From: a virus
Virus record (IMG/VR): IMGVR_UViG_3300025860_000003
Span: 1 to 64,000 of that record
Reading direction: 5' to 3' (one strand)
DNA length: 64,000 nucleotides
Part shown: piece after piece, positions 7,612-17,571 of the stretch
How positions within the stretch are numbered: position 1 is the stretch's first letter
Layout of the letters: each line of letters starts with the position of its first letter
The notes under the pieces: generated by a model
What the model saw: only the letters and a program-made list of their open reading frames with translations
Told to the model about the DNA's origin: nothing
The model's database searches: none
Made by a program: the position numbers and the translations under genes

Positions 7612-9402
7612 TCACCCTTCGCATGCAAGGCAAGAATCCTGACTATCATCGTCTTGTGTAGCAACATCACTGAATTCAGCAAGCCTATCACGAGCGACTT
7701 TAGTCGTAACGTTCTCAGCTTTGTTAGATGTTTCTGTTCTTAGATAGTATAACCCTTTTGTGCCGTAAAGCCAAGCATTATAATGTACTTTATGTAGGTA
7801 ATCTTTGGTAGCTCCTGACGGGAAGAAGATATTCAATGACTGACCTTGACACAGATACTTTTGACGATCACCAGCTTGCATAACAATCATATCTTGATCC
7901 AACTCAATGGCTGTCTTGAATACGCCTTTGATGTGGTCAGATAAGAAGTCTAGGTGCTGTACTGAACCGCCGCCAGTGATGATCGAAGACCAAACCTCAT
8001 CAGTATTCATACCAAGCAACTCTAATTCTTCCTGCAAGTATTTGTTCTTAGTCAGGTGTGAACCAGCACGTGTGCGAGAAGTAAATGCGTTTGCTTTCCA
8101 TGGCTCAATAGAAGGTGATGTTCCGCCAATCAATGAACTGTTTGCATTGGGGGCGATAGCTAACATGTGTGCATTACGCTTTCCAGTGCCTGCCATATCT
8201 GGCGCTTCACCACGCTCGGATGCGAGTATTGATGTCTCTACTTCTGCCCACTGCTTGATGTTTTTAAAGATCTCTATGTTTGTTGACACTGCTTCTTCAG
8301 ATTCAAATTCAATACGGTGTTTCTGGAGGTATGCGTGATAGCCCATCGCTCCAAGACCCAAAGACCTTTCCCGCATAGCAGAGTATTTCGCTCTGTGGAT
8401 TTCGTCCCCTGCGTGGTCGATAAAGTACTGCAGGACGTTGTCAAGGAAACGAATAAGATCAGCAACAACAGTTGAATCTTTCCATTCATCATACTTCTCC
8501 AAGTTCAGTGAAGATAGGCAGCAAACAGCACTACGCTCTTCGTTTGTTACTAGGTGTATTTCATTACACAGGTTAGAACCTTTGATAGTAAGACCCATAT
8601 CTTTCTGTGATTGAGGCAATGCTTTGTTAGCAGTGTCAATGAAGTTTAGATATGGTTCGCCTGTACGATAGCGAGTCTCTAAAATTAGTTCCCACAACTT
8701 ACGCGCACGCATAGTATCACGCACTTCTTCTTTGTTTGGATCCTTTAGTTCCCACACATCATCATGAGCAACTGCACGCATAAACTTATCAGATAAATTC
8801 ACAGCGTGATGTAGGTTCAAACATTTACGGTTCACGTCACCAGTCGGGATACGCATGTTAATGAACTCTACGATATCAGGATGAGAGATGTCCATATAGG
8901 AAGCGTATGAGCCTTTACGGGTCTTTCCTTGACGATACGCAGTCATATCACTATCTACAGTGTGTAAAAACGGCATTGGACCTGGAGCTACGTCTGAAAC
9001 AGAACGCACGTCTGACCAATGACCACCAACACCGCCACCCTTTACTGACAACCAACGCAACTCTGCGCTGTGATCAATTAATCCTTCTAGAGTATCAGGG
9101 ACGTATGTTAGGAAACACGAGATAGGTAATGACTTAACCTTTTCACCCTTGAGCGGAGCATTAGAAAGAATTGGTGATGAGAACATAAACCAACCGTTCG
9201 ATGCAGCGTCATAGATTCTTTGCGCAAGTTTCTTATCTCCTGCCGAGAATGCTACTGCAGCACGAGCAAACGCTTCTTGCGGCGTGCTTTCGTCATCTCT
9301 GCAATAATAATCTTTTAGAAGTTTGACAGCTTGCTCTGTCATTGTTTTGTCTTTGCTGGGATCAATTTTCACACCCAAATGCTGACGAGGAAGCCCAAAC
9401 AT
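7612..9402 (-). CDS. nrdA: ribonucleotide reductase class I alpha subunit (no ATP cone)
   Basis: ISCF, SNLCNEI, SLGLG, IAPNA, KGLYYLR, C-terminal CLAC. Confidence 0.95.
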   Translation of the reverse strand: MFGLPRQHLGVKIDPSKDKTMTEQAVKLLKDYYCRDDESTPQEAFARAAVAFSAGDKKLAQRIYDAASNGWFMFSSPILSNAPLKGEKVKSLPISCFLTYVPDTLEGLIDHSAELRWLSVKGGGVGGHWSDVRSVSDVAPGPMPFLHTVDSDMTAYRQGKTRKGSYASYMDISHPDIVEFINMRIPTGDVNRKCLNLHHAVNLSDKFMRAVAHDDVWELKDPNKEEVRDTMRARKLWELILETRYRTGEPYLNFIDTANKALPQSQKDMGLTIKGSNLCNEIHLVTNEERSAVCCLSSLNLEKYDEWKDSTVVADLIRFLDNVLQYFIDHAGDEIHRAKYSAMRERSLGLGAMGYHAYLQKHRIEFESEEAVSTNIEIFKNIKQWAEVETSILASERGEAPDMAGTGKRNAHMLAIAPNANSSLIGGTSPSIEPWKANAFTSRTRAGSHLTKNKYLQEELELLGMNTDEVWSSIITGGGSVQHLDFLSDHIKGVFKTAIELDQDMIVMQAGDRQKYLCQGQSLNIFFPSGATKDYLHKVHYNAWLYGTKGLYYLRTETSNKAENVTTKVARDRLAEFSDVATQDDDSQDSCLACEG

Positions 9403-9413
9403 ATTATATCCTT

Positions 9414-10094
9414 TTATTCTTGTTCTTGTAGTAATGAATTTGCCATGGGGAATATCTCAGCAATAGCGCATGCGCACTCACGAGCAATTTCCATGTGTTC
9501 TTTTTGTGTACCGTTAGCAGCACGCAGATTAATATAATGAATCCAACTTCTCAAAGTGCCATTCATATATAGTCGAGTTTTAGTAAGTCCCTCTGGGAGT
9601 ACTGCTCTCGCCTGCTCTTTCGCGATGCCCGCTTTTATTGCCCAGTCATATGCTCTCTGAGATGCAGCGATAACGGTTTTCTGAGCAGCAACCCAATCGC
9701 GCCTTAATGACTCATCATTAGTGTCAACACTGTTCTGACGGTTCTTATCATCCTGTAGTCGCGCTTCACGCAGAACATAAGGATATCCCATTTCATCAGG
9801 CGTAGCATAACGCTGGCTGAATTCTTGGAAAGAGAAAGAACGATGACGCACAATCTGATGTGCAATATCTCTTGTCGTGTCGATCATCATACACGCACTG
9901 ACCATCTCTAAAGGAGACCAATGTTGGTGTTTGATTAGATACTTTACCAACTTCTCTGAAGTCTCATTGTTGAACTGATTGGCAGGATTAGAAACCCTCG
10001 CACAGTACGCGATCATTTCTAATAAATCAGGATTCTCATTCTCACCAAATAAACCATCCACTGCTGCCGAATACGACACTAATTTTACATGCAT
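9414..10094 (-). CDS. thyX: flavin-dependent thymidylate synthase
   Basis: HWSPLE and RHRSFSFQEFSQRY ThyX motif. Confidence 0.95.
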   Translation of the reverse strand: MHVKLVSYSAAVDGLFGENENPDLLEMIAYCARVSNPANQFNNETSEKLVKYLIKHQHWSPLEMVSACMMIDTTRDIAHQIVRHRSFSFQEFSQRYATPDEMGYPYVLREARLQDDKNRQNSVDTNDESLRRDWVAAQKTVIAASQRAYDWAIKAGIAKEQARAVLPEGLTKTRLYMNGTLRSWIHYINLRAANGTQKEHMEIARECACAIAEIFPMANSLLQEQE

Positions 10095-11123
10095 TTAAAT
10101 CTTTCTCCACTCACTCAGTTTAGCCTTCGCGGACAATCCTTTGAAGGTGTTATTACTTATAATACTTTGAATCTCATCGACACACTTACCAGACAGTATC
10201 ATGTCATTAATGTCTTTTTCTTTCACACTATTTGGGAACAACGCAATCGAATGATTCTCAAGTATCGTCTTTTCAATACGTCTTACTATTTCCTTGCTTC
10301 TTGGTTCATTATCATACACAAAGACATACTCAGCTGCAGCATTAATGCCACTCACATCAGCTCCAGCCATCGCAATTGCGTTATCAACGAACATACTATC
10401 AATTGGTCCTTCAACAACATAGACTGGCTTGCGGTAGTCTACAGTATCTAGCCCAAATATCTTCGGCGCATCAGGATCAATCATTATGGTTACATACTTC
10501 AGATCGGACTTGCCTATTGCTCTGCCCTGAAACCCAATCAAGTTGTCATTCTTATCTATAAAAGGAATGATGATTCTTGGCTCATCTTTAGTGATGTTGG
10601 GAACCTTATCTTTCACACAAGCATTAACGAACTCGTAGAATTTAGGAGCATAAAAAAGTTTGTAGTGGCACTTAGTAGGGATAGCACGACTTAAAATATA
10701 TTGTTTGGCTCGGTGTGTTGGAGGCAGTTGAGAGACCTTTTTCAGCTTACCCAGCGGTGTTTTGAGATAGTTCGCTTTCTTCTTGAAGTGGAACTCTGTC
10801 TTAGTTTTCTTTGGCAGGGGAGTAGTATTAGCTGCTCTGTGACCACCCCCATCCTTGAATTTCTCCATAGTATATTCTTTATAGAGATGAGGACTGACGT
10901 GTTTTATAAGGTTGCTGACGCTTGCGCCCATGCCGCAGTTATGACACTTAAATATATAGGAACTCTCTTTAACAAACACATAACCACGCGCCTTGTTCAG
11001 ATTCGTTTGAGAATCCATACAATAAGGGCATCGAAAATTGTATAGTGTGTCGTTCTTCCGCTTGAATTGCTCTAGCTGAGAAGAGAGAAGATGAAGGTAT
11101 TTTGATTCAATATAATTACTCAT
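10095..11123 (-). CDS. DNA primase (T4 gp61-like)
   Basis: FRCPYC...CHNC zinc finger, VVEGPIDSMF TOPRIM, YDNEPR, KDINDM. Confidence 0.92.
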   Translation of the reverse strand: MSNYIESKYLHLLSSQLEQFKRKNDTLYNFRCPYCMDSQTNLNKARGYVFVKESSYIFKCHNCGMGASVSNLIKHVSPHLYKEYTMEKFKDGGGHRAANTTPLPKKTKTEFHFKKKANYLKTPLGKLKKVSQLPPTHRAKQYILSRAIPTKCHYKLFYAPKFYEFVNACVKDKVPNITKDEPRIIIPFIDKNDNLIGFQGRAIGKSDLKYVTIMIDPDAPKIFGLDTVDYRKPVYVVEGPIDSMFVDNAIAMAGADVSGINAAAEYVFVYDNEPRSKEIVRRIEKTILENHSIALFPNSVKEKDINDMILSGKCVDEIQSIISNNTFKGLSAKAKLSEWRKI

Positions 11124-11129
11124 GTACTC

Positions 11130-11158
11130 ATTATACAACAAAAAGCTCAATAAGACAA
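11130..11158 (-). promoter_or_regulatory. sigma70-type promoter for primase-thyX-nrd genes
   Basis: TTGTCT-17 nt-TATAAT. Confidence 0.7.
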
Positions 11159-11165
11159 GGAGTTT

Positions 11166-11543
11166 TTACATATGATCTTTAATATATGGGAAGACTACTG
11201 TGATTAAGAATGCTAGTAAGCTGAAGCCGCCAGCTGCTTGCCATTTCCACTGTTCTAGCTTACCGACTCGGTTGGACATTTCACTAGCGTGGTCTCGCTG
11301 ATCTTGCTTCAGCTCTTTGATCTCGGACATAATCTCTTTGTGAGAGTTACCAAGACCTTTCTGTAATTCTTCGCGCAAACTTCCGATCCTTTTATGCAAG
11401 ATGTCTTGTTGGTCTCTCGCTTCCTTTCTGCGCTCTTCGAGCAATGTAAATAAGTCCATGTCTAACCCGATCTTTGCCGATACAATCTCATCCGACTCGA
11501 GAATAATCTGTTCTGCTTTCTTTGCTCGTTGTCTCATAATCAC
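11166..11543 (-). CDS. coiled-coil protein with C-terminal membrane anchor
   Basis: heptad-rich body, LEQWKW then hydrophobic tail; start uncertain. Confidence 0.65.
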   Translation of the reverse strand: MIMRQRAKKAEQIILESDEIVSAKIGLDMDLFTLLEERRKEARDQQDILHKRIGSLREELQKGLGNSHKEIMSEIKELKQDQRDHASEMSNRVGKLEQWKWQAAGGFSLLAFLITVVFPYIKDHM

Positions 11544-11579
11544 TATCGCTTTGGTGAGTTTGTCTTTTATTTGTTTCTT

Positions 11580-11888
11580 CTATTTATTATCTTTAGAATG
11601 TTTGTCCGACTGTTTCCGCAAGTATTCGGCAATTTCTTTGGCTTGCATCGAATATAATGTTTCTAAGTCTTCTTCTAAAGCCTCTAAACGATCAGCTATT
11701 AGTGGGTATTGCTTACGAAACTTGGCGTCTTTTTTGGCGAGCGAAATATCATACTTAACAGCGAGATATTGCATAAAGGCATCAACATGCTTCTGGAACC
11801 AAATGCCCATAGTTGTGCCTTGAAACCAATTATAAAATGAACTGCCGACAACAGATCCGAGAATAGACTTTAGTATAAACCAATACAT
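11580..11888 (-). CDS. hypothetical protein with N-terminal hydrophobic segment
   Basis: MYWFILKSILGSVVGSSF...; starts right after the lipase stop. Confidence 0.7.
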   Translation of the reverse strand: MYWFILKSILGSVVGSSFYNWFQGTTMGIWFQKHVDAFMQYLAVKYDISLAKKDAKFRKQYPLIADRLEALEEDLETLYSMQAKEIAEYLRKQSDKHSKDNK

Positions 11889-11889
11889 A

Positions 11890-12630
11890 TTATTTGTCAA
11901 CCTTTTCAATGTCGTTCAACGAGGCTTCAACAGACAAAACAACATAGTTCTGCATGCCATGATCAGTAAGCGCATCAAAGAACTTACCTTGCTTCCATCC
12001 AGACCACGTACCACGGAAGAAGTCTTTCCATCTCTGCCAATATGTAGGATTGCGCTCATATCCATATGCATTGAAGTAACGCTCGTCACCACAATGAGCA
12101 TAACCAAGTATCTTTGGTGGAACCTTGGTAACTATGTCATTGTTATTAACAAATCGTTGATGTGGACATTTAAGCTCTTGAACAAATCGCTTACCGCCAA
12201 CACGTGGTGAACCGAAAGTAAACAAACACTCAGCTTCAATACGTGTCGCAGCGATTGTTGCCATTGCAGCACCGAGACTATGACCAGTGAGATAGATTGT
12301 TCTGGGTGTTTTTAACTTACTGTTTGCTTCTATCTCTTTTAAGCAATCAGCCCATAATTCATCGAGTTCATCCTGAAACCCTGAGTGTACCTTACCTCCA
12401 GCAAGAGCGGAATTCCTTGTCACTTTCAGATCCGCAGCTATGTCATTCAGCTTTGTCGGTTCAGTACCCCGAAACGCGAACCACAATTCTTTTTTACTCT
12501 TAGCGACCAATACCTGTGCACCATTTCTGTCAATCAACTTGCCCTTATAGCCGTCGAGACTCTTCAATGCTTCTGCGTCAAGGTATGCTGACTGCGCAAG
12601 ATACGCTGCAGCTTCTGTTTTATTGGTCAT
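11890..12630 (-). CDS. class 3 lipase (alpha/beta hydrolase)
   Basis: AFRGT, VHSGF, TGHSLGAA (GxSxG), TFGSPRVG, DIVTKVP, DH. Confidence 0.9.
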   Translation of the reverse strand: MTNKTEAAAYLAQSAYLDAEALKSLDGYKGKLIDRNGAQVLVAKSKKELWFAFRGTEPTKLNDIAADLKVTRNSALAGGKVHSGFQDELDELWADCLKEIEANSKLKTPRTIYLTGHSLGAAMATIAATRIEAECLFTFGSPRVGGKRFVQELKCPHQRFVNNNDIVTKVPPKILGYAHCGDERYFNAYGYERNPTYWQRWKDFFRGTWSGWKQGKFFDALTDHGMQNYVVLSVEASLNDIEKVDK

Positions 12631-12638
12631 CTACTTAG

Positions 12639-13364
12639 TTATCCTTTATTTATTTTTATGTTCTTTATAAATTCAATGTAATCGAATGGTATATATTTAT
12701 CTTCTTCAAAGAAGTGTACTGCGATAACGTTTTGGGCACCATCAACACCACTCTCTATAACGTGAGAAACATTATCGATTCCTCCGATCATATACTCTTC
12801 AAACAACTTAATATCATATTTGTCTTTATGTTTGACCATAATATGATACATCTCTTGGCAAAAATAGAGATAATGTTGATCCAATGTTTCGGGTGTCGTA
12901 GTATAAGCATTCACCAAAGCATCATAAATGATTTCACTATTTGGCTTCGCACCTATAAACCCGTTAAATACTGTCGTACCTAGAAGAAAGTTCTCTCCAT
13001 TAAGAGACACTTCAGCATTCACATTCATATCCAAGTCACACACAGTGAATAGATGATCGTGTCCATCTATATCCAGCTCAGATAAATCCCCTGTTAGCAT
13101 TAGATCAGAGTCGCAAAAGACCCCACCATTCAAATACAAGTAATAGTATCTAAACAGGTCAGATTTATGCGCACCTGTGAAACTATTAAAAACATCTACT
13201 ATGTTCGGGAATTCTGGTAGTGGATTTTCGTCAAAATACTCCAGTATTCTTTCGTCGTCATACCAGTCTATCTTCCAACCACAACCATTTCGTTCAGCCC
13301 ATCCAGCATTAACTTCATCAAGGAAAGGCTCTCTCGAAACTTGCAATAAAATCTTTGGTATCAT
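12639..13364 (-). CDS. glycosyltransferase, GT32/OCH1-like
   Basis: MIPKIL, KSDLFRYYYLYLNGGVFCDSD. Confidence 0.85.
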   Translation of the reverse strand: MIPKILLQVSREPFLDEVNAGWAERNGCGWKIDWYDDERILEYFDENPLPEFPNIVDVFNSFTGAHKSDLFRYYYLYLNGGVFCDSDLMLTGDLSELDIDGHDHLFTVCDLDMNVNAEVSLNGENFLLGTTVFNGFIGAKPNSEIIYDALVNAYTTTPETLDQHYLYFCQEMYHIMVKHKDKYDIKLFEEYMIGGIDNVSHVIESGVDGAQNVIAVHFFEEDKYIPFDYIEFIKNIKINKG

Positions 13365-13380
13365 AATATAATTCTCAATG

Positions 13381-13764
13381 TTATTGTGTCGGTTCTTCCT
13401 CTTTTGGCTTTACCGAATCTTCATAGTAAATAATAATTTCTTTCTGTTGTAGTATATAGCGTCTTAGATCAGCAAGGTTTAAGCTGATGTTCTCATAGCC
13501 TCTAACAGAGATTGCCATGAATACTATGTCGCCATTATCCTTCTCAAACTTTCCAAGAAACTCTTCCATGTTTCTTTCAGTGACAACATACCAATCAACA
13601 TCTGATAGATCTAATTGCTTTGGTCGTTCAACAACAGGGATTATAGGTTGAATGATCTTTGTTACTGTTACAATCTTTTCTTCTGGTTGTCTGTTTAATA
13701 GACTACAACTGCTACTTAGCAGTATCAGACTCAAGATCAGCAAATATCTTAGTTGTGCCATCAT
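13381..13764 (-). CDS. o-spanin (outer membrane lipoprotein)
   Basis: lipobox LSSSC after a hydrophobic signal; overlaps the 3' end of the i-spanin candidate. Confidence 0.75.
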   Translation of the reverse strand: MMAQLRYLLILSLILLSSSCSLLNRQPEEKIVTVTKIIQPIIPVVERPKQLDLSDVDWYVVTERNMEEFLGKFEKDNGDIVFMAISVRGYENISLNLADLRRYILQQKEIIIYYEDSVKPKEEEPTQ

Positions 13765-14089
13765 TTATTCTCTTTTCAATTAATCCAGGTTTTCTCAAAC
13801 TCAACAACGTCAGGTTGTGCTTCTTAAATTTCTGTAACAAACCATCAGAGTATGCTTCTGCTTTCTGAAGGTTTTTCATTAGGTCTTTGGTCAGAGCGGC
13901 TTGTACTTCTGCAGTTTCTTGCATAGTGTTTATTGTGGCTTGCTGCTCTTCAGCCGCAGCTTTCAATGTCGCGTTGTTCTCTGCGAGCTGTTGAATACGA
14001 TCCTGAGTGTCATTGTAGTAGCTCTTGGCGGCATAACCAACACCACCAAGTATCACTATCAATGCGATACATGCATACAATTTAATCAT
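13712..14089 (-). CDS. i-spanin
   Basis: N-terminal TM helix, long coiled coil, KPGLIEKRIN motif as in T4-like Rz proteins. Confidence 0.75.
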   Translation of the reverse strand: MIKLYACIALIVILGGVGYAAKSYYNDTQDRIQQLAENNATLKAAAEEQQATINTMQETAEVQAALTKDLMKNLQKAEAYSDGLLQKFKKHNLTLLSLRKPGLIEKRINDGTTKIFADLESDTAK

Positions 14090-14092
14090 AAT

Positions 14093-14968
14093 TTATCCGT
14101 GTTTCTTAAAGGTAACTTTCGGAAACGCTAATGTCGCTTTCAACACTTCGTCTTTAGAGGCGTTGAATTGTATAGCAACTATCTCATCAGCTTTTGTGGC
14201 TATAGCAGCCAACCAACGATGATTGCCATCAATAACATAGTTATCTTTACTGATAAGTATTGGCTTCTTGTTCTTGTCGTCTTTCTTAATAGAAGCGATA
14301 ACACCTTTATCTGAAAATTGTGACTGTATAGCTTTTAGTTTTTTCGGGTTTGCGACAATTCTCTTACCAACTATGCCTTTGCGCTTCATATGTAGGATAT
14401 ATGCAGCATAGTCTTTCTGTTCAATCTGAGGCATTTTGTTTCGAGGAATATCACCACGAGTAGGGACAGTGACCTGCAACTCATTAACTTTCTGTAGAGT
14501 TGTGTTTGCTTTAGCGTATACTGATGTTGGACGAGTGCCTCGAACTGGAGCTTTAGTCTCGAACAGTTTCTTGAAGTCCTTTCCAGCTTTAGCAGGAGTG
14601 TTTCGCTTTGCCATCTCAACCGCCAATTCACGGTCAGGCGTCTTAAAATTCTTCTTACGCATTACTGTCTTGGCCACCAACTCCAACTCACCTCTTCGCA
14701 GATTCAATACGAATGGTACGTTGATGTCCGTTTGCATATCTTTCAATACAGCTTCAGCGTCTGGACCAAGTTTTGGTATAGCTTTGCCGTGTTTCTTAAA
14801 TGTTTTCTTAAATAGACGTATCAGTTCGGCTGAAGTGATGTCTTTTTTATTGCGAGCATCGTTGGCGCGATCTAGAAAATGACGAGTGAACTCAACATCA
14901 ATCCCCACTTTAGCGAAGACTCTATCGGCATATTTTTCAACGGCATCTAAATCAGCTTGAGTTATCAT
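14093..14968 (-). CDS. two-domain protein with C-terminal ParB/Srx-like domain
   Basis: PILISKDNYVIDGNHRW motif; N-terminal FTRHFLDR domain. Confidence 0.7.
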   Translation of the reverse strand: MITQADLDAVEKYADRVFAKVGIDVEFTRHFLDRANDARNKKDITSAELIRLFKKTFKKHGKAIPKLGPDAEAVLKDMQTDINVPFVLNLRRGELELVAKTVMRKKNFKTPDRELAVEMAKRNTPAKAGKDFKKLFETKAPVRGTRPTSVYAKANTTLQKVNELQVTVPTRGDIPRNKMPQIEQKDYAAYILHMKRKGIVGKRIVANPKKLKAIQSQFSDKGVIASIKKDDKNKKPILISKDNYVIDGNHRWLAAIATKADEIVAIQFNASKDEVLKATLAFPKVTFKKHG

Positions 14969-15774
14969 GCGTTATCAACTAGTATAAGATCAAATGCCGC
15001 AGAAAGAACGCCATTAGCAGCGCCAATAGCCCGCACATCAATATCGGTCTTCTCGGTAAACTTAATCGGAGTAGCATACTCGATAGTGTGGTCACTTTGG
15101 AATAAGTACACCCCACCAACGACTCGGAATGCGCCACCAAAAGGACGGGCAAACATAGCAATCTCTACTGCCTGATTCTTACTTGCTGTCATCTGTACAG
15201 TGTTTAGGAACCCAGTACTACCTGCAGGAACAGTGTAAAATGCCTGTAGTGATTGTCCACGCTCTGCTTTAATCTCTGTGATAACAGTAGGTGTCGCATT
15301 CTTAACAACAATAGTGCCGACATTAGTGGCAGTACCAGACATAAATGCACGGTTGATTCTGTGCCAAGTCTTGGTGCCAGTTACAGGAGTTTCTCCAGTC
15401 AGGCAAATAGTTTCAGTCTGGAAGGCATAGTTAGTATCCAACCCTTCTAATGTAACATCAGTTGTGTCAGCATCGTCATCAGATACGACAGTAACGACAC
15501 TAGCGTCAACGATAGCTGGCCAAGGATACAACTGTTGGCCAACTGTTTCTCCTCCAGTCCAAATAGTTGACCAACCAGTACCGACAGTACCGTCAAGCGC
15601 ACCAAACTTATGTACGGCAGTGTATCCTTCTAAATCACCATTTGCTAATGGGATATTCGATGCATTGCCAAATGTGTTGATGATATTACCGTTCTTATCA
15701 GCAAGCATATTTGCTTCAAAAATAGTAGTACCATTGGCGAGATATTCTTGACTGTCTATTCTATATTGTGCCAT
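14965..15774 (-). CDS. putative virion structural protein
   Basis: G/T/A-rich, beta-strand-like composition, in the late block. Confidence 0.55.
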   Translation of the reverse strand: MAQYRIDSQEYLANGTTIFEANMLADKNGNIINTFGNASNIPLANGDLEGYTAVHKFGALDGTVGTGWSTIWTGGETVGQQLYPWPAIVDASVVTVVSDDDADTTDVTLEGLDTNYAFQTETICLTGETPVTGTKTWHRINRAFMSGTATNVGTIVVKNATPTVITEIKAERGQSLQAFYTVPAGSTGFLNTVQMTASKNQAVEIAMFARPFGGAFRVVGGVYLFQSDHTIEYATPIKFTEKTDIDVRAIGAANGVLSAAFDLILVDNA

Positions 15775-15797
15775 GCTCTTTTTCCCTTATAGTTCCC

Positions 15798-16355
15798 TTA
15801 TAGTCCAAATTTCTTCATGAAGTCTTTGCGTTCTTTGATCTTAACTCTCTTCGCTTTCTGCTCAAGATACCGCTTCAAAAACGCTTTCATATCTTTCTTA
15901 CGAGCATCTGGCTTCTTGAAGTCCGCAACATCATCGCCAGTACCAGCAACTGCAGCGCCAGTAGCATTGGCAGGAGCATCTTCAAATAGTGTATTGAAGT
16001 CCTTTTGCTCTGTTGTGCTTTCTTCTATCTTATCCATAGCTTCGTATAACCCTCGTACCATTTCTTCTTCGGAGAATTCAGTTTGTGTGTGGCTTTCTTT
16101 AATGAGGAACAAAGCAGCAGCATAGGAAGCAAACTTGGTTTTGCCTCCTGGAACTTTTTCTAGGAGTTTTTTAAGATTGAACACCATCCGATCATAATAC
16201 CCATAAGCATTATTCTCTTCAGTAGTCTCAGGCGACTTTATCTTCTTGCCGCTCTTGTCTATAATCCCCAACTTAAATGCATCAGTCTTTTCAAAGGGCG
16301 TTGTCAGCCTTTTGATGAACTGGTACGCGAGGAGTAAATCTGTAATCTTGCCCAT
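15798..16355 (-). CDS. conserved T4-like hypothetical protein
   Basis: YQFIKRLTTPFEKTDAFKLGIID motif; LFED possible head-protease site. Confidence 0.75.
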   Translation of the reverse strand: MGKITDLLLAYQFIKRLTTPFEKTDAFKLGIIDKSGKKIKSPETTEENNAYGYYDRMVFNLKKLLEKVPGGKTKFASYAAALFLIKESHTQTEFSEEEMVRGLYEAMDKIEESTTEQKDFNTLFEDAPANATGAAVAGTGDDVADFKKPDARKKDMKAFLKRYLEQKAKRVKIKERKDFMKKFGL

Positions 16356-16741
16356 TAAATCTTCCTAAGCGTTTCTACTATGTGTGCGTCTAACCCAATC
16401 TCACTATCTATGATTCTTTTACCTGCAACCAAACCAAGTTCAGTCGGGTAGTATTTCATCATGATCAAGAATGGCTTCAGGTAATGTAGATACCCTTCCA
16501 GCTTCAAGAATAACATTCTGGTAGCAGCTCTACTCTCAAACATGTTATAAATTACAACCATATGATTGATGATCAACCTTTCTTTAAGATCTCCTGATTG
16601 CTCATACTTTCTGAACAATCTTTTAATGTAGCGTATCCTCTTCAGGTCGTCATAAAACTCTAACAAATCCGTACAGTGGGGATTCGTATATGACTTCATA
16701 GCGAACATTTGGAAGTTATCTTCCGTCAAATCGTCAAACAT
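16355..16741 (-). CDS. conserved T4-like hypothetical protein
   Basis: NFQMFAMKSYTNPHC...EFYDDLKRIRYIKRL...ERLIINH pattern. Confidence 0.8.
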   Translation of the reverse strand: MFDDLTEDNFQMFAMKSYTNPHCTDLLEFYDDLKRIRYIKRLFRKYEQSGDLKERLIINHMVVIYNMFESRAATRMLFLKLEGYLHYLKPFLIMMKYYPTELGLVAGKRIIDSEIGLDAHIVETLRKI

Positions 16742-16758
16742 ATAATTCCATCAATTAA

Positions 16759-17079
16759 TTAAGTAATATCGCTCAGTGCCGCTCTCTTGATGACAGTCGC
16801 GCTTACAGCCACATATATATAGTCAGCATCAAACCAAATAGATCCAGCACCAACCGTTGGAGATGTTGTTGTTGGATTATTTGTGGATGGTGTCGAACTT
16901 GTTAGGCGTAAATTTTTACCCGCAACAATAGCTAAGTCAGACGGTACAGCACCAAAAAGGTTTTGTACCGTGACTTTCTTACTAGAGGGCGTAGATCCAG
17001 GATTATCAACAACCATAAAAAGGTCGTCGCTCGACACCGAAGTGGCAGCAGTAAGTGCTGTAACCTTTTTATCAGCCAT
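16759..17079 (-). CDS. small putative virion (decoration-type) protein
   Basis: MADKKVTALTA...DDLFMVVD...SKKVT and WFDADYIYVAV...KRAAL motifs. Confidence 0.6.
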   Translation of the reverse strand: MADKKVTALTAATSVSSDDLFMVVDNPGSTPSSKKVTVQNLFGAVPSDLAIVAGKNLRLTSSTPSTNNPTTTSPTVGAGSIWFDADYIYVAVSATVIKRAALSDIT

Positions 17080-17091
17080 TATCTATAATCC

Positions 17092-17571
17092 TTATTCGCT
17101 ATCAGGTAATTGAGTATCATCGGCAGCATCGCCAGAGATAGAACCCATAGCAACTAATGTTTCATACTGTACACGACCAGCACGACCACCAGTTCCAGGT
17201 GTACGCTTAACCCAACCAGCATGAGCAACGCTCTTACCTTCGCCAGTAATACCAACTTCTGTTTTATCAGCACCGTAGATAAAAGCAGCATCAATGTTTT
17301 CTGAATACACAGTATACAATGGCTTCTCAGATACTTCGTATGCAGCAGCAGAAGATACTGCGATATCAGCACTGCCGTCAGCTTGACGTACAGTTGCGTT
17401 TGACGCATCGGCGATAGCAGTGAATACATAATCGTTAGCACCAACACGCAAGAAGTCACCAACTTTATAGTCGGTTAAAACTGCGCTTGACGCACCAGTT
17501 ACAGCTCCAGCATCAGTAACAGCACATGTGCCTACTGTGGTTTTGCTGTCTTTATTTCCCCATAAACTCAT
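17092..17571 (-). CDS. putative virion structural protein
   Basis: MSLWG...HAGWVKRT...GRVQYETLVAM motif; AGGAG RBS; CTAAATA late-promoter variant about 35 nt upstream. Confidence 0.7.
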   Translation of the reverse strand: MSLWGNKDSKTTVGTCAVTDAGAVTGASSAVLTDYKVGDFLRVGANDYVFTAIADASNATVRQADGSADIAVSSAAAYEVSEKPLYTVYSENIDAAFIYGADKTEVGITGEGKSVAHAGWVKRTPGTGGRAGRVQYETLVAMGSISGDAADDTQLPDSE

